Shown here: one piece after another, positions 37,961 through 48,804 of the stretch
Layout of the letters: every line of letters begins with the position of its first letter
How positions within the stretch are numbered: the stretch's first letter is position 1
NCBI GenBank assembly: GCA_002633005.1
Contig: NMRA01000055.1
Coordinates: forward strand, 372,001-436,000
Reading direction: 5' to 3'
Length of the DNA stretch: 64,000 nucleotides
DNA from: Phoronis australis
Taxonomy: Eukaryota > Animalia > Phoronida
Position numbers and translations under genes: made by a program
Notes under the pieces: generated by a model
What the model saw: the letters and a program-made list of their open reading frames with translations, nothing else
What the model was told of the DNA's origin: nothing
Databases searched by the model: none

Positions 37961-38365
37961 GGAAAAGCATGGGGCGTGGCCTATGAACTGGTTGGTGCTG
38001 AACAAATATCTGGAGCACTAAAACATCTCAAGCACAGAGAGGCAGACCTCGGTGGATATGCACCATACCTGTCAGACTTTTACACAAGAGATAGCAAAAT
38101 GAGCATAACCACAATTGTGTTTGTAGCTGGTCCCGATAACAAGTTTTTTCTCGGTGACGCATCGTTAAAACAACAAGCCTATCAAATCGTGACATCACGA
38201 GGGCCCAGTGGTCACAACGTGGAGTACATTACCGAGATTGTCAAGTACATTCGATCGCACATACCAGAGGACAGAGACCAGCATCTGTTTGATTTACATG
38301 ATCACATCATGAACTTCGACAGCTTAAACGTTGAAGTTGGTAGATTTCATAAAAGTACCAATTAA
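37961..38365 (+). CDS. CHAC1: ChaC coding exon 3
   Basis: TTTTCAG|GGA; GKAWGVAYEL..LKHREADLGGY (catalytic Glu motif)..GPSGHNVEY..DQHLFDL; TAA at 38363-38365; joined protein 209 aa. Confidence 0.95.
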   Translation, partial: GKAWGVAYELVGAEQISGALKHLKHREADLGGYAPYLSDFYTRDSKMSITTIVFVAGPDNKFFLGDASLKQQAYQIVTSRGPSGHNVEYITEIVKYIRSHIPEDRDQHLFDLHDHIMNFDSLNVEVGRFHKSTN

Positions 38366-38595
38366 AATCTGAGGGGAAAGTCAAGCTCTCACGTGGTAAT
38401 CCTCATATCTACCGGAGTGTTGGGGAAAGCTCAATAACTGCAAGAGATCAGGATCTCACTACAGTGGCAGCTAGTGAATTGTGATACCTATGGGTACTTA
38501 TAGGCGCTTTCGGCTAAAGTACGATTTGGTAACCATCGATATTCAATTACCAGACACTATCAATGCAATCATGTACAGAACATATAATCAGTGTA

Positions 38596-38601
38596 AATAA
38601 A
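38596..38601 (+). terminator. Candidate ChaC polyadenylation signal
   Basis: AATAAA about 230 nt after the stop; further AATAAA at 38858 and 38873. Confidence 0.45.
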
Positions 38602-38811
38602 TTAAGTGAAGCCTAACCAACACCATTTGAAGACACTCTTATCTCCATCAAGGAATTCTTTATGGTGAAGATGTACTCCGTGGGTGTTTGTATTAATCTT
38701 ATTTGCAATTTGAGGAAATCGTTTCCACATGAAAAAAAAAAAATGAAAAGAAATTAACAAAAGAAATTTTCATTAATGTGACAGACATGAACTGATTTAT
38801 ACAAAAACTTG

Positions 38812-38817
38812 TTTATT
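38812..38817 (-). terminator. Candidate INO80 polyadenylation signal
   Basis: TTTATT on + (AATAAA on -) about 1.1 kb after the stop, followed on - by GU/U-rich sequence (A-run near 38732-38743 on +). Confidence 0.5.
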
Positions 38818-39892
38818 CATTTTCAACAAATGACACAACTGTATATCATAATCTGCTAATAAACATAGCCCTAATAAAATGCATAAAGAAAACTATGATG
38901 CATCAGTCCAAAGTAAGGGCACAACTTAGCTTGAACAATTCACTCATTCTCACCTATAAAGACTGATTCATCTGAAATCAATAATTGTTTTCACTATGGC
39001 AGCTTGTCCAGGTAAATCCCTTTACTACACTAGGGGGTTCTCCCTCAGAAGATATTGGTAAGGACTGCTGTCAACTTGATTGAGGATCAAAGTGATATTG
39101 TCTCAGGGACGAATTTCATTCGCTACCCTTTCTCTTGTATAACCCTCTTAGTGAAGCGCCACCTATTATGTAGAAGAGACACCCCTTCCCCGGGAATTGG
39201 GCAAATTCTCTGTCACAAGTACCAGGCCAACCTCCAGAGCACAATAGAAGCCATGCATCTTACTTCCCCATTCATAACATACACATTATTTAGTACACAT
39301 CTGAAAATGTTGACATGGCTATCTGTTCAAGTCAACAGGAACACACTTAGGCAGAATAATATTCCTGTTCATTCCATATACACAAGTAACTACCAGCCAT
39401 TATGGCAGGTACATAGAAAAGCAACCAGGAACACGCTCTTGGAATGTCAGAGGGAAGTGCAAACCCCAGTCTTAAGAGGAGGCTGCACCCCTGAGCTGAC
39501 ATACCTGCCTACTGTGGGGGTGTATCTGCAATATTTAATACAATGTGTCACAATTTGTCCACTGAAAAACTAAAGTGATGAAGCAGAGCAAACCCCAAAC
39601 AAAATCGAAAGAGATATTTTCAAAGTCAAGAAACCAACTTTTCTCTGGCACTTGTCATATAATTACTGCTATATAATACAATACTCCTTTCACTAGTAAA
39701 GTTGAAAGAAAGGAGTGCACTCTTTTACCTACTAGAAATGAAATAAGACACACAAGCTTATCACAGAGGACAACTTTGTTTGATCAGTTGCAACACTTGA
39801 AGAACACATCAGAAACAGTTCCGAGGCCAAAAAACTTCTATCTCAAATTTTTGCATGTCTTTGCCTGAACGCTCAATCAATACTCAAAAAAT

Positions 39893-39990
39893 TCATGTGC
39901 CAGACTTGTGACGACTGCTTCGTGGGCTTCGTGGTGTCGTCGTCGATGCTACTTTAGGTGGACTGACAGCTGGACTAGTGGGCTGCATGC
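39893..39990 (-). CDS. INO80: INO80 terminal coding exon (GMQPTSPAVSPPKVASTTTPRSPRSSRHKSGT*)
   Basis: Acceptor TTCTCTGCAG|, phase 1 matches the previous exon, open to TGA; low conservation so supported mainly by phase and splice signals. Confidence 0.75.
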
Positions 39991-40948
39991 CTGCAGAGAA
40001 TAGATCAGGTGTTAGTTTCACTGCTGCTCAATACACAAAACTGCCCCTTCAACATCTTTGACCCAATCAACAATGACACAGTACATACATCAACAAACAG
40101 GTGAAATGCAACAACTACCTTGTGAAATTCTTTGACTACTAAATTAGGCCCACATGACCAACCCCTATAATTTGAGCACACAATGTCAAAGCAATACACA
40201 AACAACTATTTGAAAGCATATCTTTAACCTACTAATTAATTTTTCTGCTGGTCAACAGATCGACTAATGGCTGGCTGCAACTGAGTCAGTACTGCATTCA
40301 GTTCGCTATTGGTCAATACACGAAGAAATATTTGAATCCGCAAGGCAGTCTCTAGTTCTAGTGATGGTCAACCCATAAATGATAAACAAGTGACAACATT
40401 GAATAACACAGGTAATATACAGCTGTAGTAAGGTACACAATATTAGTACTGATAGGTTACAATAACGACTCAATTTGAGACCTGCACTCATTCATCATAA
40501 CAAACAAAAAACACGATCTCGCAGCAATTGCAGCTGAGGTCTCGTGTTGTTTTTGAGAAGCTGCAAAGATGTGTAAGCAAGGTTTGAAACGCTATGAATT
40601 GACAAGCAAAGAGTAAGAAAAAAAACAAATCCCGCATCATTTTTGCTCATGACAGCTATACTTTCTTTCTTTAAAAGTGAGCACCATAGACCCACTTTTT
40701 GAAAAAATACAGACCAGAACCAACTATGCTTTTTTGCTTGACGAATGGAGTAGTACATAGAGTACATAGAGTCTTTCACCAAGAAGATTCAATGGCGCTA
40801 CATCGATTCATTTCAATTTCGAGTTTGCAATTTGAACCTGGCCTGATTAGACCATTTGCCTGGGTGTTTATTATCAGCTGTTATCAAGTTTACTACACAC
40901 ATACTGGGTAACATCTGTCCCCTTATGTTTGACATTCAGTCGATCTAC

Positions 40949-41125
40949 CTTTAAAGTTGTAGCCAAAAGCAGCATAAGCCGCAGTCATTCCTGCCTGGGC
41001 ACCAGCTATTTCCGCTGCACTGATAGCTTTCTGTACGCGGCCTCTGCCCCGTGGACGACGACCCATTCCCCCGGAGCCTTTAGGTCGACCCCGCCCCCGG
41101 ACTGGCTTAGCTGGTGGAGTTGTAG
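40949..41125 (-). CDS. INO80: INO80 penultimate exon
   Basis: TTTCAG| ..RGRGRPKGSGG..SAAEIAGAQAGMTAAYAAFGYNFK |GTAGAT; resembles the vertebrate INO80 tail RGRPKGSG..AAYAAYGYN; absent from the ORF track. Confidence 0.9.
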
Positions 41126-41208
41126 CTGAAATGAACGAGTCAAAATGTGAGAGAGAGGATGGAACGCCATGTTCATGGTGTGTATGGATCAGACAGCACT
41201 ATAGTTAA

Positions 41209-41724
41209 AGTTATGTAAGACCCTCCAAAAATGGCCAAATTTGATTAAATTTGGAACATCATATCTCAGAAATGGCTGATGGGATTAAAATTAAACTTTT
41301 ACATACTATTCTTCATACATTGTTCTCCAAACCAATGTTAGCAACTGTTGTTAAAATTTTCCACTTTTGAATGAGGGGCTATCAAAAATGGGACTTTGAT
41401 GATTCTCATGAAAAAACTAAGTTGAATAAAACAAAAACAAAATGATATCTTAGAAAACTGTAACAGCGTTTTAGAGATTTCATCTTGAATACTTACGTCA
41501 AATAAAATTAAATAAAATTTAATCCTGTTATTGATACTGCTGATTTGCTATCCATGTACCTTTCTTTTTTGCTAAACTTAAAATGATCAATTAATATTAA
41601 TAGATTCGTAAAAGACCACAGGCTTTCTGTTTTCAGAAAAAATATACTTTTGCCAAGTTAAAATCTAACGCTTTGTGCATATGTGACTTAATATGCAGAC
41701 GTGCCAATAAGGCTCTGCATAGCC
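41209..41724. mobile_element. Kolobok-like non-autonomous element in an INO80 intron
   Basis: TTAA at 41205-41208 and 41725-41728; imperfect TIR AGTTATGTAAGA / TCTGCATAGCC; a related left-end fragment lies near 32912-32980. Confidence 0.6.
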
Positions 41725-42189
41725 TTAACATGTCAGCACACTATGAAACATTAACTGATCCGATAATGACACTTTATGTTCAGGAAAACATTTTCAGCTA
41801 ACATTACAATAGTTGCGACTAAACTGAGTGAGAACTTTATTATATATACAAATGTTTACAAAATCTAAGTAAAAGGGACCTTTTAGACACTTGATGAGAG
41901 AAAGGATTCTCAAATTCCTTGAACCCCTTGACAATAGTGCTTGACTTCACACACCTAAAAGCTGATTGGCCAGAATATAGTGAGACCAGCCAATGACTGG
42001 CTTACCCACCCAGCATATGCACAAACGTAACCCAGACTGGTGCCACATCCGATTACCAGCCTATTGGAGAATCCGTCCAATAAGGCTATTATGTCCAAAT
42101 GAAATTTTGCATTTGACAAAAACAAATATAATGCTAAACAAAAACAAATGTAATGCTTAACAAAAACAAATGTAACAACTTTTGGCTAC

Positions 42190-42292
42190 CTGGTGGCGCA
42201 CCAGCAGGTTCATCGACAATAACCAATCCACCGTCATTACTATTTTCATCCATAGCAAACTGACTGGTTGTAGCCTCACTGCCAAATGACAC
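42190..42292 (-). CDS. INO80: INO80 exon (VSFGSE..GLVIVDEPAGAPP)
   Basis: TTTTGTCAG|GTG ... CCAG|GTAGCC; phases 0/1 fit neighbours; LVIVD(D/E)P motif as in vertebrate INO80. Confidence 0.88.
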
Positions 42293-43072
42293 CTGACAAA
42301 ACAAAACCAAACACACACTTATAAGACACATAATTAAGTCACATACAGCAAGCAAGACACCTGCATACAACTAGTATAACGTCAGTGTTGAAACACAGAC
42401 TGGTTTCAACGCTTCGAGTCACTATGTGCAACATTGAGCTTACAAGTGACATTCCTAACTCTAACATAAAAAGGCACAACAGCCTCAAGTCATCAGAGAT
42501 CTAAAAATAGATTAGCTTATCATGATTTAATACAAATTACAATCATCTAATCACCATTTGTACGTCTATGATGTAGCTACAAACACCAACACTTCATCAC
42601 CCACAACTATACAAACACAGCAGTTCACACCAGACCATACCTTGTGCTGACCAATTTAAACGACCAGACCATCCGCACAAATTAAGTGTACACTAATATT
42701 ATTGATTCAATTAACCTACCCTACCGTACAATGAATGACGCTACGAGTGAACCTAATACAATGCACTGGCTTCACACTAACATCAACATTGTGAGCTTAA
42801 TATCACAAAACTCGATGCACATGTGAAATGTTCCAAGAAATTGAAATGTCTCGTTTTACATAATTTTTTTTAAATTTAACACAGAAACACGTGTTTAAAT
42901 AAGTACTAAAAATATCTTAGTGATGAGCACAACATGAGAATAAGACAGTTTTGAGAAAACATGATGACTGGACTAAGGGGAACCCGCTAACAGTTCTTCC
43001 AAAAAATTTGGAAAAAATGAATAAATATCAAATCCATTGTAATCATTTCTAGTTTCACTGTGACATCCTGTA

Positions 43073-43157
43073 TATTGATTATATAGCACGTTGAATATTA
43101 ATATGATATATTTATTGATTATATAACACGTTGAATATTAATATGATATATTTATTG
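43073..43157. repeat. 40-bp tandem duplication
   Basis: TATTGATTATATA(G/A)CACGTTGAATATTAATATGATATATT twice. Confidence 0.9.
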
Positions 43158-43297
43158 GTAAAACAGTTTTTGCCTGAATACATTTGGTGGACTATTTTCA
43201 TTAAGAAACTGTTATAATGCTAATGGGTGTAAGAAAAAGGAAAGTAATGACACCTTCATGGTTCTATGACACAAAAAGTTTCCAAATTCAAACTTAC

Positions 43298-43500
43298 CAC
43301 ACTACTTTCAGGGCTTGGCACAGAGACACCAGAGGATTCTATACTGGCTTCATCAGCAGGTATGGTCAAGTTAACCTCCGACACTTTTGCCCTCTTCCCA
43401 CGCCCACGGCCCCTAGGCGTATAGCTCTCCTTCTTCCGCTTTCGATCTTTAGACTTGTTCACTTCCTCTTTCACCTTTTTCTCCTCCTGTTTAGCTTTCA
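43298..43500 (-). CDS. INO80: INO80 exon (basic/coiled region LKAKQEEKK..KDRKRKK..SPESSV)
   Basis: TTGCAG|TG completes the Leu codon from the previous exon; donor GTG|GTAAGT; aligns with vertebrate LRLRQEEKR..KERKRKR. Confidence 0.9.
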
Positions 43501-44711
43501 CTGCAACATAAAAACCACAATGTGAGCTCAATACCACAAACAGCCATCACAAGATGGTGTCACAAAATAAGACCCAAACTCAATACACTGTTAATTGCGT
43601 GCCCTGAAATGGCAGGACACCACACTTATTCTAAGGCATTATTTACCCACAATGCAACACGTGTGTCAATGTACTAGTCCCTATTTCATATCCGTATTAT
43701 TATCTAATGCATCACTGTAATGCACTGTATTTTCTACCTCAAATTCAAATGAGGATTTGCCTATATAATTTTACTTGTGTCTTTTTTTATGCACAACAAC
43801 AATTAGAAACCTGTTAAAGACCATTACTTGTGATCCGGTGCTGTATTTGGTGACCTGCGACTTCATATTGTGTTTGGCAACTTCCAGAAAATACCAAATG
43901 GCTACGAAGTCACTACACCAAGTATCAAAGTCTGACAATAATTCAACCACAATTTGCTTCAAAATTTGTGATGACTTCCAAACTTTAAGTAAATAATATG
44001 TTTACCTAATTCACTACCATTGGTTCGCAATTGTTCCGTATATTTCGTGAAATCAATATATTTGCCACCCACATCTGTCGGCACAGATCAAACAAGCACT
44101 ACAAAATTACAACGAGAAGTAAACAGATAGAAATCGGAATTGTTCGGCAAGAACGAGGCAAGGTCGGACCATGAAAGATGTGCCTCCATTGTTTCCATAC
44201 GTCTGCATTCTCCATTGGTAAAAAAGTTAGATTGAGTTGGGGTAACAAATCAAAATACAACTCAGAAATATATGTGAATAAACTAAGAACTCAGGTAACA
44301 TTGTTTAAGTGATCGAACAGTCGACATAGGAACCCCTGTGGGATGAGGGTAAAAACAGCAGCCTTGGATTGTCAGAAGCAGCGAAGTCTCGCGTAAAGGT
44401 AATGTATACTGCAATATACCTAGTGAATGGTGTAATTTACAGATGAAATAATGGTGACAGCAACACAGCGTTTTTTGGTTAGCGATTTCCGACCTTAGTT
44501 TTGACAACCTCAGTTTTCATTTGGTGGATTTTCGCTGAGTTGCATTTGGCGAGTTGCCGTTAACCTATGCTTCGAACATTGCAATCAAAGAACACTTCTC
44601 AGAGACTGGGCAAAATATTGCTATCAACTTTGTTAAACTGACAAAACTCATTTAGCAAATTCTGCCAGTTTTGCAAAATCATAACTATAAGGAAAGGAGG
44701 TATAATAATAA

Positions 44712-47700
44712 ACTAACAACCTCTTGACTGATGGCCCAGTCTGGTTTTCGACCACTCTATTCAACATTAACTACTAACATTGACGTTACTGACCATATTT
44801 ATTCTAATATGGATCAAGGATTAATGACTGGTGCTGTTTTTATTGATCTAAAGAAAGCATTTGACACCGTCAACCACACTATCTTGTTAAAGAAGCTTAA
44901 AGCCTATGGGGTCACCGGTGTGGAAGCCAAGTGGTTTCAGGATTATCTTGGTAACAGAACTCAAGCTACCCGTGTCGGCAAAGATATCTCTGATCTCAAA
45001 ACCGTTAAAATAGGTGTTCCCCAGGGGTCTATACTGGGGCCCTTGTTATTACTTGGCGGAATTCTTCGAATTCCGTCAAGTATGTTGGTCTCACAGCAAG
45101 TTTTTTTTGTTTGTTCGCACTCTACAGGTCGCAAATTTTGGTCCGATTTTCATGAAATTTGCACACAACGTATAGATCGGAATGTCCTAGAAGCCTATTG
45201 TTTTTGGTCATGATCGGATACAAAATGGCGGATGTGGCGGCCATTTTGTATCCGATTTCACAGTCAAATACTCGTAGAGGCCGCATTTTGCGACCTACAT
45301 GGCTGAAAATCGGTACCAATATACTAGAATGCGAGTGCTACAACTGTGCACAAAATCAGTGACTTCCGGTTAAAGATGGCGGAAATATTGGACGTAGAGC
45401 ATGCGCACCCCGAAATATGGCAAAAAACGTTTTCTCCTGTAGAGGGCGTATTTGCAAACCAATTACTTTCAAACTGGTCACGTGTTTGTTGAGTTTAATA
45501 AGCTTTTATAAAAAATTATTGAACCGGAAGTCACTTTCAAGATGGCGGCTGTGGGGCATGTTCACACGGTTTCAATCGCTCTCGTGTCGCATTTTTTATG
45601 GGAAGAGCAAATGACGTGAATTTTTGTATGTGGATTCCTTGAAGTATGGCCTTTCAAAAAGTCTGCGAGAGCGTATTTCTCAGACTTACCGTTTTCGAGT
45701 TATTTGACTTTGAATTTCAAAAAAAAACGGCAAATTTTCAATTTTCTCGAAAAATTTTTGGATTTTTGCCAAACTATCACATTAGATAGAGATTTGAACG
45801 GGCTTTCAGAGGATACTTTCCATTTTGCGCTACGACGTCTACTTTTTGAATTATTCGAGATTTTCGGATACCGTTGTCCCTATGCAACGCGCAGGTGGCT
45901 GGCTTTCAGTTCACTTTGTTTTGGTTATGCCTAGTTGACCCAGACTGACCCAGCCAGCACTGTCCTACTTTAAAGCATGGCTCGTCCGTCACGTTGCGCC
46001 ATCTATTGTTCTTTATTGTAGTTGATTGTGTGCTCTCTATTTGATTTTTTGCTAGTCACATGAATGTTATCGTGTTTGACAAACTACCACTTTAGATAGA
46101 GTTTTGAACGGGCTTTCAGATGATAATTTTCATTTTGCGCTACGACGTCTACTTTTTGAATTATTTGAGATTTTCGGATACCGTTGTCCTTCGGTCACAG
46201 CCAGCTGGCTGGCTTTCAGTTCACTTTGTTTTGATTATGCCTAGTTGACCCAGACTGACCCAGCCAGCACTGTTCTACTGTAGACTGGACCGTCATGTTG
46301 CGCCATCTATCGTTCTTTATTGTAGTTGATTGTATGCTCTCTATTTGATTTCGTCGCTAGTCACATGAACGTTATCGTGTTTGCCAAACTACCATTTTAG
46401 ATAGAGTTTTGAACGGGCTTTCAGATGATAATTTCCATTTTGCGCTACGACGTCTACTTTTTGAATTATTCGAGATTTTCGGATACCGTTGTTCCTTCGG
46501 TCACGTATGCACTCAGCTGGCTGGCTTTCAGTTCACTTTGTTTTGGTTATGTCTGCACAAGTTAACAGAGAGTTGTGACACCGACTGACCCAGGTAGCAC
46601 TGTCGTACTGTAGACTGGAATTCCAGGCGAAATACTATTGTAAACATAACTTTGCTCTGCAGACTGTCACATAGTGCCACCTATTTTGGATTGCGGGAAC
46701 AAAGCATGGCTCGTCCGTCATGTCGCGCTATCTATTGTTCTTTATTGTAGTTCATTATATGCTCTCTATTTGATTTCTTCGCTAGTCACATGAATGTTAC
46801 CGTGTTATTCATTATTGCCGCCTTGATCGTCATGATTGTCGTCGTCCTCCCCATTGTCATCTTTCGATTAATTCCGCCAAGTGTCGCTCCTCCAAGCGCT
46901 CTCGTTTTGTATCTTTGTCAATGATCTCCCCTCAGTAATTCAAAATTCTAAGATTGTTCTCTATGCGGATGACACAACAATACTGTCTGCAGGCAGAACC
47001 TCATCTGAAATCCAGGCCAATCTCAACTCTGATTTAACAATCATTTCAGGTTGGCTTGTATCCAATAAACTATCCTTAAATGTTTCTAAAACTAAAATTC
47101 TTCTATTTTGCACATCCCAAAGACTTAGAAACCAAACCCTGTCATTAACTATGGATGGAAGACCAATTGAGAACGTCAATTCCTTTAAATATCTGGGACT
47201 TATACATGATCAAAATCTTAAATTCTCTCACCACGTTGATTATATCTCGAAAAAGGTGTCTAAGAAAATTGGCGTATTGAAACGCATCAGTAAATTTGTT
47301 AACAGAGGAACACTGAAAACCCTTTTCAATGCTATCATTCAACCTCACCAGGATTATTGTCTCCCGGTGTGGGATGTTGCATCAGGCAAGGATATGAAAA
47401 CCATCCAGGTTATCCAAAATAGGGCTGCCCGGATTATTCTGGGAGCTGGTGTTAGAGATATTAGAATCGAAAACCTTCATAAAGAGACTGATATAATGAA
47501 AATTCACACAAGACATCAATTCCTATCTGCTTGTTGTATGTACAAATGTTTTAAAGGCCTTGTCCCATCTTACTTATGTGCTAAGTTTAAGACGACCACT
47601 AATCGCTACTAACAATACTTGGTACTCATCATCATCCGATTTCAATCTTCCTAAACGCAGAAGCGAGACTGGGAAAAAATCATTTTCCTACAGCGGGCCC

Positions 47701-48146
47701 TTTTTATGGAACTCACTCCATGCAGATGCCAAATCTACATCATCCTTTCTAACCTTTAAAAGAATTATAAGACATAGATTTAACTCCATGTAGTGTCTAA
47801 ATTGCATGTTTATTCATTTGTTATTTATATAATGTCTTACTTTTATTAATTATTTATTGTCTATTTTAATTTTTTATATTGATATTTATATATTTTTTTA
47901 GTTAATTATCTTGTCTTAATTTCTTTATCTTTTATTTATCATAATTTATTTTTATTTTGCTTCATCAGTCTTTCCATGTTATTTTCTTATTCTTTGCTCA
48001 TTACTTAAATTTGTCTTTCATTGTGTAATTCTGTTTTTGTCTTACTATCTGTTTGTTTTAACTGAGGGCACCCATGGAAAGCAGTGTGAACTGAGGGGGC
48101 TACCCTCATTGTAAATATTACATTAATAAATAAATAAATAAATAAT
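44712..48146 (+). mobile_element. 5'-truncated CR1/L2-group LINE, antisense in an INO80 intron, split by a HINE insertion
   Basis: RT motifs QSGFR, FIDLKKAFDTVNH, GVPQGSILGPLL (to 45050) resuming FCIFVNDLP, YADDT, FKYLG, QNRAARII (from 46907), KKSFSYSGPFLWNSL; T-rich UTR, GAGGG..CCCTC stem-loop near 48064-48106, (TAAA)n tail. Confidence 0.95.
45051..46906 (+). mobile_element. Non-autonomous Helentron (HINE/DINE-1-like), 1856 bp
   Basis: 5' subTIR ACTTGGCGGAATT (45051-45063) with adjacent inverted copy (45069-45081); 3' subTIR AATTCCGCCAAGT (46870-46882) then CGCT-CCTCCA-AGCG hairpin and CTCGTT end; inserted in a T run; central tandem units of about 305-310 bp starting 45771, 46081, 46386. 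Confidence 0.88.
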
Positions 48147-48790
48147 TCCCAACTAATTAACTGATCATCCATTGACTTATATTCCCATTCTTGTAGAAAT
48201 TCCATTAAACCCTCTCCAAGCCAGTTCCTAAACAAAGATTATTACAGCCACAAGAACAACAGAGGAGAGGTTTTGAAGTGCTGTGCATCATGTTTACCTT
48301 AAAGCATTCATGCTGTGCAGTCATGCAATGTGAAGACTTTTTGTACAGGATTTCTTTAATAGGGCTGTGTACCCACCATCCTTATAAATAAACAAGAATA
48401 GGGTGGCCCACATGAAATATTTTGTGTTGACAACTAAACATATTCAAAGAAAGGCAGGGTTCTCTGGCAGCTGTTTATCTTTAGCATTGTTCAGTAAGGT
48501 CATTCAACAAAGATGTAGAATTCTGTTGAGGAATATTTGGCCTGTTTACAACCACACACAGAGAAGAAAGTTCAATCCAAAAATCCATTATTAGTATTGA
48601 AATGCTAACACACATTGTTTACATAAGGGACAAAGACAGAACACAAATCAGTCTGGGCACATGAGAGATCAGTTCAGTCTAGCCCCAGGTTAGATTGGTA
48701 AACAAACACTCATGTTCACTCACAATATCTTTGTTCCCCAAGTATTTGGACAAACTAAGCTAGACCAGACAGTCACATGTTTCTTTCCCA

Positions 48791-48804
48791 CCACCAGGTG
48801 GCGG
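48791..48804 (+). promoter_or_regulatory. CTCF-like motif
   Basis: CCACCAGGTGGCGG; motif match only. Confidence 0.3.

Noticed and set aside
39055-39573. 172-aa ORF on +
   Set aside because: Non-ATG start, no recognisable domain, lies antisense to the inferred INO80 3' UTR
44731-45213. 160-aa ORF as an intact gene
   Set aside because: Chimera of LINE RT and read-through into the HINE insertion; not a host gene
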